A DNA stretch of 48,980 nucleotides, the filler included, from Bipalium vagum (taxonomy: Eukaryota): NCBI GenBank assembly GCA_037834085.1. It is 2 parts of 2 records of this genome, joined end to end, with 100 filler letters (N's around TTAATTAATTAA, not from the genome) between each part and the next. Parts side by side here need not be neighbours in the genome. Positions count along the whole stretch, not along the records: positions 24,014 to 48,980 come from JBBMKC010197942.1; 1 more part is not named here. The stretch is one strand, 5' to 3'. A program made the translations under genes and the position numbers. Positions within the stretch are counted from its first letter, which is position 1; every line of letters begins with the position of its first letter. The notes under the pieces are model-generated. The model saw only the letters and a list, made by a program, of their open reading frames with translations, was not told where the DNA came from and made no database searches. Below are positions 24,968-38,500 of this stretch, one piece after another.

Positions 24968-27704
24968 ATGAGATCTGTTATTAATTTTAAAAATTCAAAT
25001 CTCACTTGGCATATTGTATTAAGACATTTTCAAAATTATCATAAGCTCCAAAATTTAACCATTCAGTCATTCAATGCTGATAATCGTAATTTTCATTTTC
25101 ATATTAACGTTAATTTTGTATTGATTTAGAACGAACCTGTTTTCCTGTTAATGACAATTTATTGCCAACCGTTAAAATCAGCGAGGAAAATGTCTCAATG
25201 TTACCGAATATCGAATGGAAAAATAAATTTGATAATAATTTATATAATAGATATTGTTCTCAAATAGATATGATTAATGTAATGAACATTGATATAGATT
25301 ATACGACGGATTCCAGTTTTTTATTGAAAAATAACAATTTAGAAATAACAGTCTTTACATGTATGAAAAAGTTTTGCACAGGTTATTATTTTAAGTTGAA
25401 ATGTTTATTTAATCAAAGTGATTTAAAACTGATCTTTTTATTTGTTTTTAAAGTATTTTGAACTATGTCAGGAATATTTTTACACAAATTATATACAAAT
25501 TAAATCGATTTTCGATAAATTTGCCATTTTTGATTTAATTATGATAAAGAAATAATAAAACAAATCTTTAAGAAACGGTAAATTGTGTATTTTGAGAAAG
25601 GTGTATTTTTTGAATTGTGTATTTTTCCTCTTTTTACTAAGCATATTCAAAGTCATAATTGTTCGCAAATGCTTAAAATGTCTCGACTGGTTTCGACATG
25701 GCGATCTCAGTTTTGAGGATAAACCGCGAAGGCTTCGACAATCTTTGGTGGATAATGATTTTTTAAAAACTGTTATCGAAACCAGACCATAGACAAATAT
25801 TAGAAGAATTGTCTGTTATATTAAACTGCAATGTCAGCAGTGTATGAAGGCACATAAAAGAGATAGGCAAAAGCAATAAGTTTGGTGTTTGGGTTTTCCA
25901 TGATGTAATCGCAGAAGTGAAGATTAATCAAGTCAAGATTTGTCACTCAGTATTCATTAACCATTTAAAGGAACTGTTCTTCAAATGGATTGTAACTGGA
26001 GATGAAAAGTGGATAATGTATGAGAATCCACAAAACAAAAATCAGTAGTTATCTCCGACTTCATTCAAAAAGTCTTATTGAGTGTCTTCTGGGATTACAA
26101 AAGAATAATTCAAGTATTAGAAATGAATCAAACAAATAAATTCTTAAGAATATGGTAACATTCTTTACCATTTGAGAGATACATTAATTGTGAAATGTTT
26201 TACATTGATCAACAGAAACAAAATAAATTTCATCACTAGGTCATACACTGCAAAAATGAAGTAGTAAAAGCTGAAAATCTTTCAAAGAAAAATAATACCT
26301 CAACCTTCAAATACCACAGGCATCACGCCTTCGGATTACTATTTTTTCCGATCTTTACAACAGAATTCATTTGATAAAATTTATTATATAAAAACTTCCC
26401 TAATTCAATTCTTTAATGAAAAGCTCAGTCCCCAGTATGACAATGTCATCGAAAGTTTGAAATAAAAGGTTGTAAATAAAAATGGAGAATATATCCTTGA
26501 TTGATTCCTCTTGTTATTTGTATAAATAATTTTAAATTTTCTTAAAAAAACGAACTTTCAATTTGTAAACTATAATAAGAAAAGACCTTTGATAGACATA
26601 ATTTTGTGACTTTTAATTCGATGCATCTGCCTTCATTTTCTCAAGTATTTTTTGAACATTGATAATAAGATCTTTTCCCTTTAGTTCAGGTGTGGAAACT
26701 ATTATTAGTTCATTAAAACAACTACTTTTTACTAATTATTTAAATAACGGTTGTATGAAAATGCTTTTCTTTTGGTTCTTTGTCTTACAATTTTCCTTGA
26801 ATTCCTTCTCGTAATGATATGACTGAGATTGTTGTTTTAAATTATCTAATTAACTTTTTGAAGTACATCCAGGTTTTATGATTTACTAAATTTCACTTAT
26901 TTTATCATTAAAAGTATGCAATAGATTATATTTATGAGAACAAAAATGATCTTTTTTCATCTTTATATGATTCTATCACACATTTGTAACGGATTTTTTT
27001 CTTAAGAATCCGATTTTACATCGACTGAGAAATCTTTGATTAGTTAAGTAAATTTTATATATTTAAACTTTCTTTAATCAGTATTTCTTTTTTTAATTGA
27101 TTTTATTATTTTAAATCAACGTTTCAATCTTGATTTCTTCTTACCAGAACTTAAGGATTTGTTCCCCGATCGAAATATTTCATCGGATAAATCACCTTTA
27201 ACTGTGATTTGTTTCAATCATCACACAGTGGAGAGAATGTCCAATTGGAATTCAGCAGTCTATAAAGAGAGGTCGATGATTGCCAATATTGTAATTATTA
27301 ATATATAGTGGTCTTCAAATCCCTCCATCTCATTTCTTTTTCTAGTTTGTCGATTCATCAAAAGAAATCTGTCAATCACTGTCCCGTTGTGGGTTTTGGG
27401 CAGATTTTATCGATCCTTTCAGTGGAACGCCGGTATGATTATTGATTTTTGTTGTTCACCTTTTCATCAAATTGATTTTGTGTTTCTGACACTAAATTGA
27501 TTCTAGCATTTCGGACAACATACCAATGATACGTTATTCGAAACCGATCCCAGAATGAGAAGTCTTGGATTTCAAATTAAAGATCTCGGGTGCTGTAAAG
27601 TTCTTAGTCATTGTGAGTGGCAGGAAAATGTATTTTGTGGATTAATATTCTCAAATGTTCCCAGTAATCATCCCATTTTATCATTACTACTTACAGACAA
27701 ATAA
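24968..27704 (+). CDS. MMADHC: Cobalamin trafficking protein CblD (methylmalonic aciduria and homocystinuria type D), ~265 aa
   Basis: Exons 24968-25085, 25130-25381, 27148-27290, 27346-27432 and 27507-27704 (GT-AG, phases 1,1,0,0). The product has ELKDLFP..MSNWNSAVYKER..KEICQSLSRCGFWADFIDPFSG..HTNDTLFETDPRMRSLGFQIKDLGCCKVLSH, matching MMADHC motifs GYWADFIDPSSG, TNNTLFETD and DLGCCKVIRH. The basic, acid-free N-terminus resembles a mitochondrial presequence. Confidence 0.93.
25580..26580 (+). mobile_element. Mariner relic inside MMADHC intron 2
   Basis: WFRHGDLSFEDKPR, IVTGDEKWIMYENP and GITPSDYYFFRSLQ. Confidence 0.87.
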
Positions 27705-30519
27705 GAAAAAACCTTTAACCTCTTAACCCTATCTCATCTAACTCAAAATATTCGGTATTTTTATATTTGTTTAGCTGTTTATATTCTTTAAGATTACAAT
27801 GTTTTGTTATGATCATTATTGATCTTTGAAATTTTTATATAATTTTATAGTTCGTATTATAGCTTCATTGATAAAATTAGCTTCTTTATATTTTCATTTT
27901 TGACAGCTTCATAGAAAAATTGACCAATAAAACGATTTAAGAGATTCGCTTTTTCTTTATTTATTCATTCTTGAGATATAACTGTCTTATTACTTATAAA
28001 ATGAATATTATAATAATGTCAGACTGTTGTGGACTTTCAAAAAGTGTAGTATGTTAAGTAAAAGTATGAGTACCTTGTTATGTTTGACTAGTTTCTATAG
28101 CGAAACAGTGCTATGAAGGAATAGTAGATAAATTGTATTGTACTATCGTTAAGAAAGACCAGTGAGATAAGCTTTTTAAGAAATTACGCTACATGCTTAT
28201 TTAAATTGGTTTTGTATTTATAAGCTACATAGAATTAAAACAATAATTATTCTTGCTTTTAAGCAATAATTAGTCATTACACTTGAAAAAAAATAATGAA
28301 AGTCTAATAGATCTGTTAATATTATCCACAGTTTCGTATATTAGGTTTTGAGAAATTATATTCTATTATGAAGGTTAACCACAAAATGATAAAGTTAGTA
28401 TATTTTAAAAGAAAAATTTTTTTAGGATGTTTCTTATTTTATTGCAAAAAGTAGTTGAAAATTTTTAATACTGAAGCTAAATTGAAGTTCGCATAAATTA
28501 AAAGAAAAATATTTAGTAAATAAAACCTGTATGCTGAACTATTTATTAGTATTGAAACCATTTTCCATAGTAAAACTTCTAAAAGCTATCTAGAACCTGA
28601 TAAGGGACAGAAATTGATATAAAGGAAAAGAAAGTAGTAAATCATACGTTCACCTAAATATTTCAAGTTTCGAAATATTTTTCAGTAATTCATAAAGCGT
28701 CAATTCCAATATTAAATTGTGACGAATTATGAAAGTTAATTCCTCGAATTTTTAAAAAAAGTACGTTTTCAGTTTTATCAATATTATATTATACTTAGAA
28801 AAGATATTGAGTCTCATTCTAAAAAAAATAAAGATTTGCAAGGATATTTTTTAATTTGTCATATACTCTTATTATAAACTTATTAACTTAAGTATTTTAG
28901 GTTCGTAATCCTATCAATTTAAGCTGCTTGGTGGTATTAAATCGAACTTTCAGATAAATATAGAAAATAGCGAAATATTTCAAACCTTATTAAAAACTAT
29001 TGATATAGAAAACCCAGGTCAATGAGATACAGGCAAAACTATAAAAAACTTTTAAAGATTATAATAAAGTGCAGAGACCGATGTGATTAAGAATTTATAA
29101 TTATTAATTACATTTATTTATTATTAACATTGTACATTGTTTTAATAAAAAATGTGATTAATTTTGAATTTAACATTAATTTTTTATTAAAATTAACTTT
29201 GCAAAAACAGGAGCATAATGGTAAAGAACGTTGGGCATGATGGTGGATCGGAACTAGAATCTTAAAAGTAATATAAAAATAAATATTAAAAAAAATTACT
29301 TTCTACAGTGAACCTTAAAAAGAGAAAATAAAGAAAGTAAACTACCAAAAACTTATTACAAGGCAGGCGACAAAGCTTGAAGCAAAACTTCTTGAGCAGA
29401 TTATGTAAGTAATAATAAATAATTACTGAAGGTAAGGGTTAAGCAAAAATTAATTTAAAAAATGAAATTTAATAATTTAAAACATCTATAAAAAATAAAT
29501 AAGTATGACTCAAGAAAGTAAATAGTTACATACCACAATGTCTCCATGGGAAGATAATGAAGGCAGTAAGAATAAAGAGCACGTCATTTAAAAAATTAAG
29601 TAAATAGAATGATGTCAGCACGAGAGTAAATGGTAACTATTATAAACATGCAACTGAAAATCATAATTTGGTCTTTTAGTTAACATTGAAAATTTGTTTA
29701 TCAGAACTAAGAAAGTGTATCGAGTGTCATAATTCATAAATAATAAAAAACGTAAGTGAATTATCATATTCAATATTTCTAATTAATTTTTTGCGCAGAA
29801 GATGAACATAATTTCCAGTTTCTGCTTTTATTCAAATAAATTTTCCACTCTCTTTTGTTGAAACGCTTTTGAAGAAAACCTGTTTTAGAAAAAATAATCG
29901 ATAAAATTTGAAGTTAGTATTATTTTATGTAATAATTCTGTTTTAGTCCTTGTTAAAACTAAATGCATTCTAAAAATTTGTTTTTACATTCGTATAGAAA
30001 CATGGATAATAATCTATTTTTATCAAATCTATTCCTCCTACTATTGATGTTGAGACTTAAAACGAAAGAAAATCTAATTATTATTCTACTATCCACCAAT
30101 GAAAATTCATTAACAAGTTAATCACCATAACACCACAAGCACTGAGAACTAGTATATTATAATTGTATTCATACAAAGAGAGACATATATTCTTGAGACT
30201 CATAAAAATACAAAATCAATTTGTGAAAGGTACCAACAACAAAGATCAGAGAAAATACACAGAGCAAAGAAAAAAGATCTGTTAGTCGTGGATTTGACAT
30301 TACAGTGACAATTTGATTATTCTTATTATTATTCGTATTATCATTGTAAGTCGCTGAAATTTCTTGGTCTTCAATTATTAACACAAAAATGTAACAATTT
30401 GAATTTCACAAAATCTACTTATTAACAAAACTAAAACGAAATAATTAATTTAATTACATGGAATTATATAATTAGTGAACTTATATCCCATTTTTGAATT
30501 TTTTTCCTCTTCTCCACGT

Positions 30520-31720
30520 TTCTCTCGATTCGCTTACCTGACTGGTCTTCCGATTCATGTCTTCTGTCGTGAATCTTTCTAATGATTTTACATAGTCAGG
30601 TATATCGATTTTGTTCCTTGTTTCTCTTCTCTGCTTTTATCAAGACGTCTCCAACAAAAATGCTCTTATAGTTGTGACTTGAATCTTTTGTCGATTCTAT
30701 TCTCCTCGTTCTATTTCTACTCTCTGTCCATGGTATCCACCTTTTTCCCAAAATTTTTCTACCAAAACGATTTCTACCGGTTTTATTAACCGTGGCATTC
30801 ATCGTAAATTCGACTTTTTGTAAAATCTCTGCCCACTTAGTTTGTTGCCTTAGTTTATAAGATCATTAAATTTTCTGAAATGTCTTTCGATTTGACTGTT
30901 TGTATTGTGGTGGTACGGGCTCAAGTAGCATAATTTAATCTTCAACTTTCTGAAAACTCTTTCAACGAATTTATTTGAAGATTTTGCCGCAATCCTCATG
31001 GATTTCGCTCCATGCACCAAACCATAGTATCAATTTGTTTTCTAAAATCTTCCTCATCATTATCTCATTTCGACGACATTTTGCTGAAATCGTAATTACT
31101 GAATTGGTCTATTATTGCCATGATATATTTCTTACTGCCACTAGTCTCTCTTTAAAAGACTTTAATATATATATACGTAAATTTTCTCAAACATTTCTGA
31201 GACATTGAGCTTAATCGTTCTTTCTTTCGTCGTTTGGTTACATTTTGGTTCTCTGACATTGCTCGCAGAAAATGACAACTTTATTCACGATTTCTTTTAA
31301 CCCTTGAAATTCGTATAATCCATTCATGTATTGATGTCTTTTCTGAACCTGCGTGAGCCAAACGATTGTAAGTATTGAAACATAATTTCCACATATCTTT
31401 TTGTTTATTGGTTCTTTCCTGAACCTAGAACTCTTTTATTGTCTCACGTCATTCTTGAGGATCTATTTTTTATTCCGTTTAACCTTTTAGTTTTTTGTCT
31501 TCTCTTTTTTCACATCTTCATGATTCTGCTACCATCGAGAGCATGTCTCGAAACAATCCTAGAAAGCATATCTGCTTTCTCTTGGTTAGTTCCTTTTCTT
31601 TATCTTGTGTCAATATCAAGACTGATCAGGTAATTAATAAAGTTCTGGAATTGGGGCGATGTCAGTTTTTTGTAGTTATCATAAAGGTTATTGCATTGTA
31701 AAGCTATTTCATTTTCAATA
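30520..31720 (-). mobile_element. Gypsy/Ty3 LTR-retrotransposon pol relic (RNase H end plus integrase)
   Basis: The minus strand gives QFQNFINYLISLDI..RKGTNQEKADMLSR (RNase H C-terminal ADALSR motif), then FGAWSEIHEDCG and LSPYHHNTNSQIERHFR (integrase core). RH-before-IN order fits Gypsy. Multiple stops. Confidence 0.85.
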
Positions 31721-32556
31721 TAATAACTTTAACATTTTGATCTTACTGCAATAAATGATCTCATTATATTTCCATCTAATTCAAGCATTTGTGAAGACTA
31801 AATGAGATCATTGTAAATATTAAATGTTATTTATGTATTTCATGAAATATAATCATTTACCTTGGAATATGATTAACTAAACTATTACATTCTGGCTAAA
31901 TTTTGAAGTGTCATCAAATTTAAATTTATTGATTGCCAAGTCGTCATATTTCAAAAATTTTTCTTTTATTTTAGGTATTCATAAAACACACATTCATCTG
32001 ACAATATTAAGGTATTAAAATATCGATTTTAGTAATTTTTTGTAACTTGTCACTTACTTATTTCCGACTTTGTAATTTTTGGCGAAATTGACATTTTAAA
32101 TTATTAATAATATTTTTGTTTAATAAATAGTTTACAGATTTAAGTTCATGGAAAAAAAGTCTTCCATTTTAAATAAATTTGGGATCACCTACAACACGTA
32201 TTTTATCCATATATTGTATAATAATATTGTAAAATAATTTTTTAAACATTTATTATAAATTTTAAATACTTATTATTCTTTAAAGTTTACTAAAAATGGT
32301 TTAAATAATTATTTTAAAAAAATGCAAAGTGGTGCAGTGATATCGAATGAGATCCGAGTTTTTTGATGTTGAAAAATATTAAAAAAATACATAGATTTTA
32401 AAATTTTTCAAATGATTATTAATTTATTTTAATAAAATGATTGGTTTTCACTATTTTGTTTAATCACTTTTCAAGGACACTGAAATTATAAACAATGTAT
32501 AATAAATTTAAACTCGAGAACTGAGTTGAAAAAATAATTTCCTAAAGAGCAGATCT

Positions 32557-35500
32557 ATGTACACAATTTCTTTAGAACGTATTCCTTTGCCAAGATTATC
32601 AACGTATGTGTTCTTCTCAGTGTTCTCATTTGTCACATCAATCTTATATTTATTGATTGATTATGTCTATGATAAATATTCAAATAAAATTATTTCAACT
32701 CAAAACTCCACATTGATACAAAAAGACAAGTACAACAAACAAGTTATTGTCATATTGGCTGAATGTTGTCTCTATGATACTTGGTGTTTTTGGAGTTTTA
32801 TCAATTTGTCATATTGTGGCTTAGTGATGGTTGGGCGTGCATTCCAGCAGATTTTCTTTGGAGAATTACGTCATGCCGAACAAAATCATATTTTAGATAA
32901 ATTTTGGAATTTCGTTTTTTATAAGTTAGTGTTTATATATGGAATTTTGAATGTTCAAACCTTGTATGAACTGTTGTTGTGGACAGGATGGTCATCAATA
33001 CTGGGCTTCTTACATTTGTTAACGAATTTAACCAAAGACCGATTTGAATTTATCGTTCAATCACCTGATACCACAGTTCAGTCACATTTGAAGATAGTTT
33101 CATTATTAATAATTATTCTAATTTTCGGTAATGGTCTAAGTTGTATTTCCATTATCGTTGGTGTCCGTTATTCATATCATCTCATGTTTTTCATGTTAGC
33201 AGAAGTATTTCAGTTGTCAGCCATCACAGTTTATGTTTTGATCAGCTACGGTATATATTTCTATACGACCAGTGAAGATCAGGCCATTTCCAAATCGAAC
33301 AGCTTTCAGTTCAAAAAATTGATCCAAAACCATCAAACTGTGAAATGGCCCAACAAAATGGTTGCGCAGTATTATGCAGAATTGTATTATACAACAATAG
33401 CTAACATTGCCGACTTTATTCACAATTTGCACATGCTCCTATGGAACAATATCAAAATAAATATGACTGGACTGGTTATTGGAATGCATTTACAGTATTT
33501 GTACTATGATATTTCCAAGAGATATTATCGTCACAGCAAGTATGCGAGCATCGTTAAATTTCTCGAAAACAATTTTCCTCTCGTCAATGTTAGTTTTTAA
33601 TTGAAAAGTTTTGTGATTAGTTGTCTGAAGAATATTGATTTATAAAATCGATAAATATATTTTTATCTATCATTTGATTGTTTATGTATTTAATTATGGC
33701 TTTAGTGCAATGTTCAGCTTAACAAGGGTATATAAATAGAAACCAGGTTATTTAGACACTTAACCAAGTTTTTTAAAATCTCTTTTTGATGGATAATCGA
33801 TTATGATTGAAATTAATTAAATTAAATTAAAATAATAATAATTAAAATAATTAATAAATAATAAAAAATGAAATAATTTTATGTAAACTGTATCATTATT
33901 CATCACAATATCAATTTTCACACGTATATTAAAATAAAGGTTGGTGTGTTAAAATTAGAGATTTATTTTTTCAGAAAGGTCATGAGAAGTGTGCTATTTG
34001 CTGGGAATCTTTGATCATGTGTCGAATGTTGCCATGTAATCATTTCTTTCACGATGCCTGTCTGCGACCGTGGTTTGAGCACAGTACACTGTGTCCGACA
34101 TGCAGAATAATGATTAAAAATATGAACATAACTGGCAATTCCGGCAATAAAGACGAGTTGAATAACAATGATATCAATCAAGTATAGAGAAAGAGAAATT
34201 GACGATTTTTTAAAAATATTTTCTTTTAGGACAATTACCAGATTTCTTCAAATTCATCCGTAGTTCATTCAGCTGAAGATGGTAACGAAATCGAAACGGA
34301 AAATTATTCCAAGGAAACAATTGTAAATTCTTCGACATTGACCGGAAAAGTCAACATTGTTCATATCGTCTATCCGAATATTCCGATCGATATAATTTAT
34401 AAAGAGTTGAAACGTGTGAATGGTGACGTTAACAATGTGATCGATAAAATACAAAAAGGACAGATTATGAGTCCACTATCACGCTTATTGACAGGACCTA
34501 TGCAAGTGTGTTTATTTTCATTGAAAAATTGAAAATATTTAACTAAATTTCATTGATTTCCATTCCATCTGTGGTTGGACAGCTTATGATCGCGCAGAAT
34601 AATAATTGTCACTTTAAATGTTCATTCTCAAAGCATTTTTAAAATATATTTTGCTAAACTATTCAAATTCTTGATTAAGCCAAACCAAAGATTTCTTTGA
34701 TTGGAGAATGTGGCAATATTTGAAAGCAAAAAATTGTCATTTCTGAAAATTCAATTTTATAAAACCCTTGGTCCTTATAAAATTATTATTAATTTAAATA
34801 AATGTAAATAAACATTAATGTTAATGTAATTTCTATTCAAAAAAAGGAAAAGGATATTTTATCTTTCTCTTTAGAACAAAAAAACAATTTCATTGCAGAA
34901 ATCAATCAATAATCTTTATAAAATCCTTAATTCTTCATTTGAAACATATTGTTTGATTTTTATTGAATTTCTTCATCTTTGACACACTGATCTTCATCAA
35001 TTCATTTCATTATTTCATTGAGAAATCTACTGCTTAAAGTTTTTTTATATTCCTAAATTTCCATTTTGAATAGTTCTTAAACCAATCATATTTCATCCTG
35101 CTGAAATATCCATATCACAATTTCCTTTATAGGGTGGTACTCATTTCATTTTTAATCTAAAATCTTTGGATTTTGGGGAGTGCCTATTTTAGAGATTTAA
35201 AATTGGAGTTATAGAGCTAAGATATCAACGGAAAAACATGTTTGTTTTCACGAAATTGATAAATTATTGAAGTTCATCCCACTTAGATGTTCCAGCATGA
35301 TTTAGAAATGATTAATTAACTCTTTGTGCTAAAATCGTTCTAAATTGACTAAATGTATTGTATTTCAAGGTATGATGCATTTTGTTCGATTGGTTAAGTG
35401 CCATTCTCTGGTTTATATATTAAAATCAATATTTAGTACATGGGAATCAGTTTTTTTTTGAACAGGTGAAGTCTTTGACACTATTTTTATCAAAGTAAAA

Positions 35501-38500
35501 AAAAACATTGTTTCACAATTTTTATTGTCCAGTTAATCAATATAATTATTGAGTTTAGAACTTGATCACTGCATTATAGATCTTTAGTAAAATGTGCTTT
35601 ATAATTAATTAATCATGCAAATCTACAGCGAAATGAAAAGTGATGCCGTTATTTTTAATGAAATATCGCATATTTATTTCTTTAATAAACGAATTTTCTC
35701 CCCTGATCAATAAACAATTTGAGATATCGTTAGTGATTATCAAAACTATAATATAATACCTTATGAATTTTTATTTTTACAGGTTTATGCAGAAATATAT
35801 AGAAAAATATTCAAAATATATATAATTCTATGCAAAAATATATATAAATCTACTCAAAATATATTGAAAATTATTCAGAAATATATAGAAAAAAAAATTG
35901 ATTTTTTCTATTTAAATTTGATTACATTTTAGTCAGCCAAGAATATCAGCTGCACGGTTGCTATTAAAATGTCAGGTTTCATTGTTTTGTCACCTGTTTT
36001 TTATTAAATCAAATTTACAGGCATTTTATGCTTCGAAATCACAGACGGATCTTTCAATGAACTTTATTAGTGACAAGCTATGCAATCATTTCGATCGAAA
36101 TTTTGGGGATGTATTGGTGATGGACAATTGCAGGTTCCATCACCGCAAAGATGTTATTAAGTTGCTGACAGAACGAGGTATTGCTTACTGATTTCTGCCA
36201 CCATACTCGCCTCAGCTACAATTCGCAAATACTGTATCATTCTTTAAAAGAACTATTATAGATCAGGACAATTGATTACTCAAGTACTCATCCATAACGA
36301 TATAGATTTAAGTGATTATTTTCGCAACATAAGGCGGTTTATAGAAAAACCTTGGTGAGACAATAATCTATTTAGTTTAAATTTCCATTATATATTTCTG
36401 AAAATTTTCCTATATATTTCTGAATATTTTTCTATATATTTTGAATATTTTTCTATATATTTTGAATAATTTTCGATATATTTTGAATAATTTTCGATAT
36501 ATTTTGAATATTTTTCTATATATTTCTGCATAACCCTGTAAAAGCATAATTTTAATTATACATTACAAAATAATATAAAATTTATAATAATTAAAATATT
36601 TCAATAATTATTATAGTTATTTAAATAAAATTAATAAATCTTTAATTTTAAATATTAATTAATCTTTAGTAAAAAAGAATTTTAATCAAATCAATAAATT
36701 TATAATTATATTTTAAAAGTAAAATAAATCTTAAAAGGTAAACGTAAAACTCGTGATAATTAAATTAGTTTGAATTTTTGCAAATAAATTAAACTTTAAA
36801 TCTCTTGATATTAATAGCAAAGAATCTCATATAATAGTGATCTTTTTAATTTTTCTTATTTATGATGTCCTCGTTGCTTAATAATGTATAATCGATATAT
36901 AATATCATGAATTGATTTGATCTCATTTTTTTGCTTAAATTATTTAATTGAATTAATAGTATTTTGATAATTTTAATTCAATGTTAAATGTTTTGATATA
37001 ATGATCTTATATTTGCATAGGCTTTGTGTATAGTTTAATTTAATTGTTATCAAACTTATGAATTGATTATTTAAATCAGCTTTGTTCCAAAAAATATGAC
37101 ATTCAGAAATCTTAGGTTGTTGTTATAGAAGATGTGGTAATTAAATCAATCATTAAATAATAATAATAATTTTTTTATTTATTATTGATTTATTCGAAAA
37201 GATAGTTTATTTAAATTATAAGAAACCAAATAGTGTTTTTCTCAAAAAATTACCAATGGATGGGAAAGATTTTGAAACTATCCGAATCAGTTTTCATCTG
37301 TTGACTGTACAATTTCAAAAGCAATTATCAAAATACATTAAAAGTAAATAGTTTAAACTCACATTAGACTACCCGTGACAAAGTCGTGACCTGAATTTAA
37401 GTGGATGATTATAAATGAAAATTATATTTTAGCCAATAAAAAATATCGTTTTACTGTAGAAATTGGTTTGACATTTGATTTGAAAATAAAAATATTTTTC
37501 TCTAAAATATTTGATTATTGTGCCTGGCAAATTTTATTTAATTAAATTCCATTTTTCCATGGGATTTTTAGTTTTTTTATTATTTCATCTAATACATGTC
37601 TGGTCTGATTACATTATTTTTTTTACGCAGAGTTCAGGTATGTAAAGTTGACACTATTGTAGAAAAAGTACATTGGGATATATTTTTTTGGCCTCTCTTG
37701 ATTTGTCTGACCAATTCTACTTTGATTAATGCCTTTTTATTATATTTTACATTTGTGATATTTTTAAGATCTTAGGATTCAATTTGAAAAAGATTTGCGA
37801 TAATATTTAATATGAATAAACTTTAAATCAATTAATAAATAATTTCTGAAATTTTATTTTATTTTTTGTATTATTTTAAATCTTATCAATTTTTGAATTA
37901 TCAATTGAATATTACTTCGCAATTCTTATTGTGGTCTCATTTGACATTACAGATGTTTCAATATCATTCAAGAATTTCTCATTTCAATTTGAGATTTTAT
38001 CTTCAATAAAAGAATAAAATCAAAACTTGTAATCCATAAAAATTTAATTTACTCATCAAAAACAAAGGATACAAGTAACCGATAATAATTAACTGTCTCG
38101 CACTTGTAAGTTATAGAAATCATCGATATGTTCTTACAGTATTTTTCCACGGTCGGAATAAATTCTATATCGGATTGAAGGATAGACTGTAAGGTGGTAG
38201 GAATACCAATTCATATCATTTTATTTCTAAAATGTCTCTAATTTGATTAGATTTGTGGAACTTACATTGGTCATAATTAGAACACAAATAATAAATTCTT
38301 GTCTGTCAAGCATTACTCTAAAAAGCATTACTATAAAACTCTAAGCTTAAGAGTTTGAATCGAAATTTGTGAGAAAAGTAATGACCAATTATAATAAAAT
38401 GGCTTGAGAAGTCAAAATCTATTTAATACATGATTAATGCAGATGGATATGGAGTTTTCTAGATATAACTCACAATTTTCATTTATTTCAGTTACTGGAA

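Noticed and set aside
10298-27704. One giant MMADHC gene starting at the 10.3-kb exon (FQLYLPG resembles MMADHC FQLPG)
   Set aside because: The upstream gene has its own stop at 21686, MMADHC has its own ATG exon at 24968 giving a normal length, and an artificial spacer separates them.
29200-29600. Apparent splice sites suggesting another small gene
   Set aside because: No stop-free spliced frame or recognisable product could be built.
36390-36527. CRISPR-like repeat array
   Set aside because: The units are head-to-tail with no spacers, form part of a transposon end, and lie in eukaryotic DNA with no cas genes.
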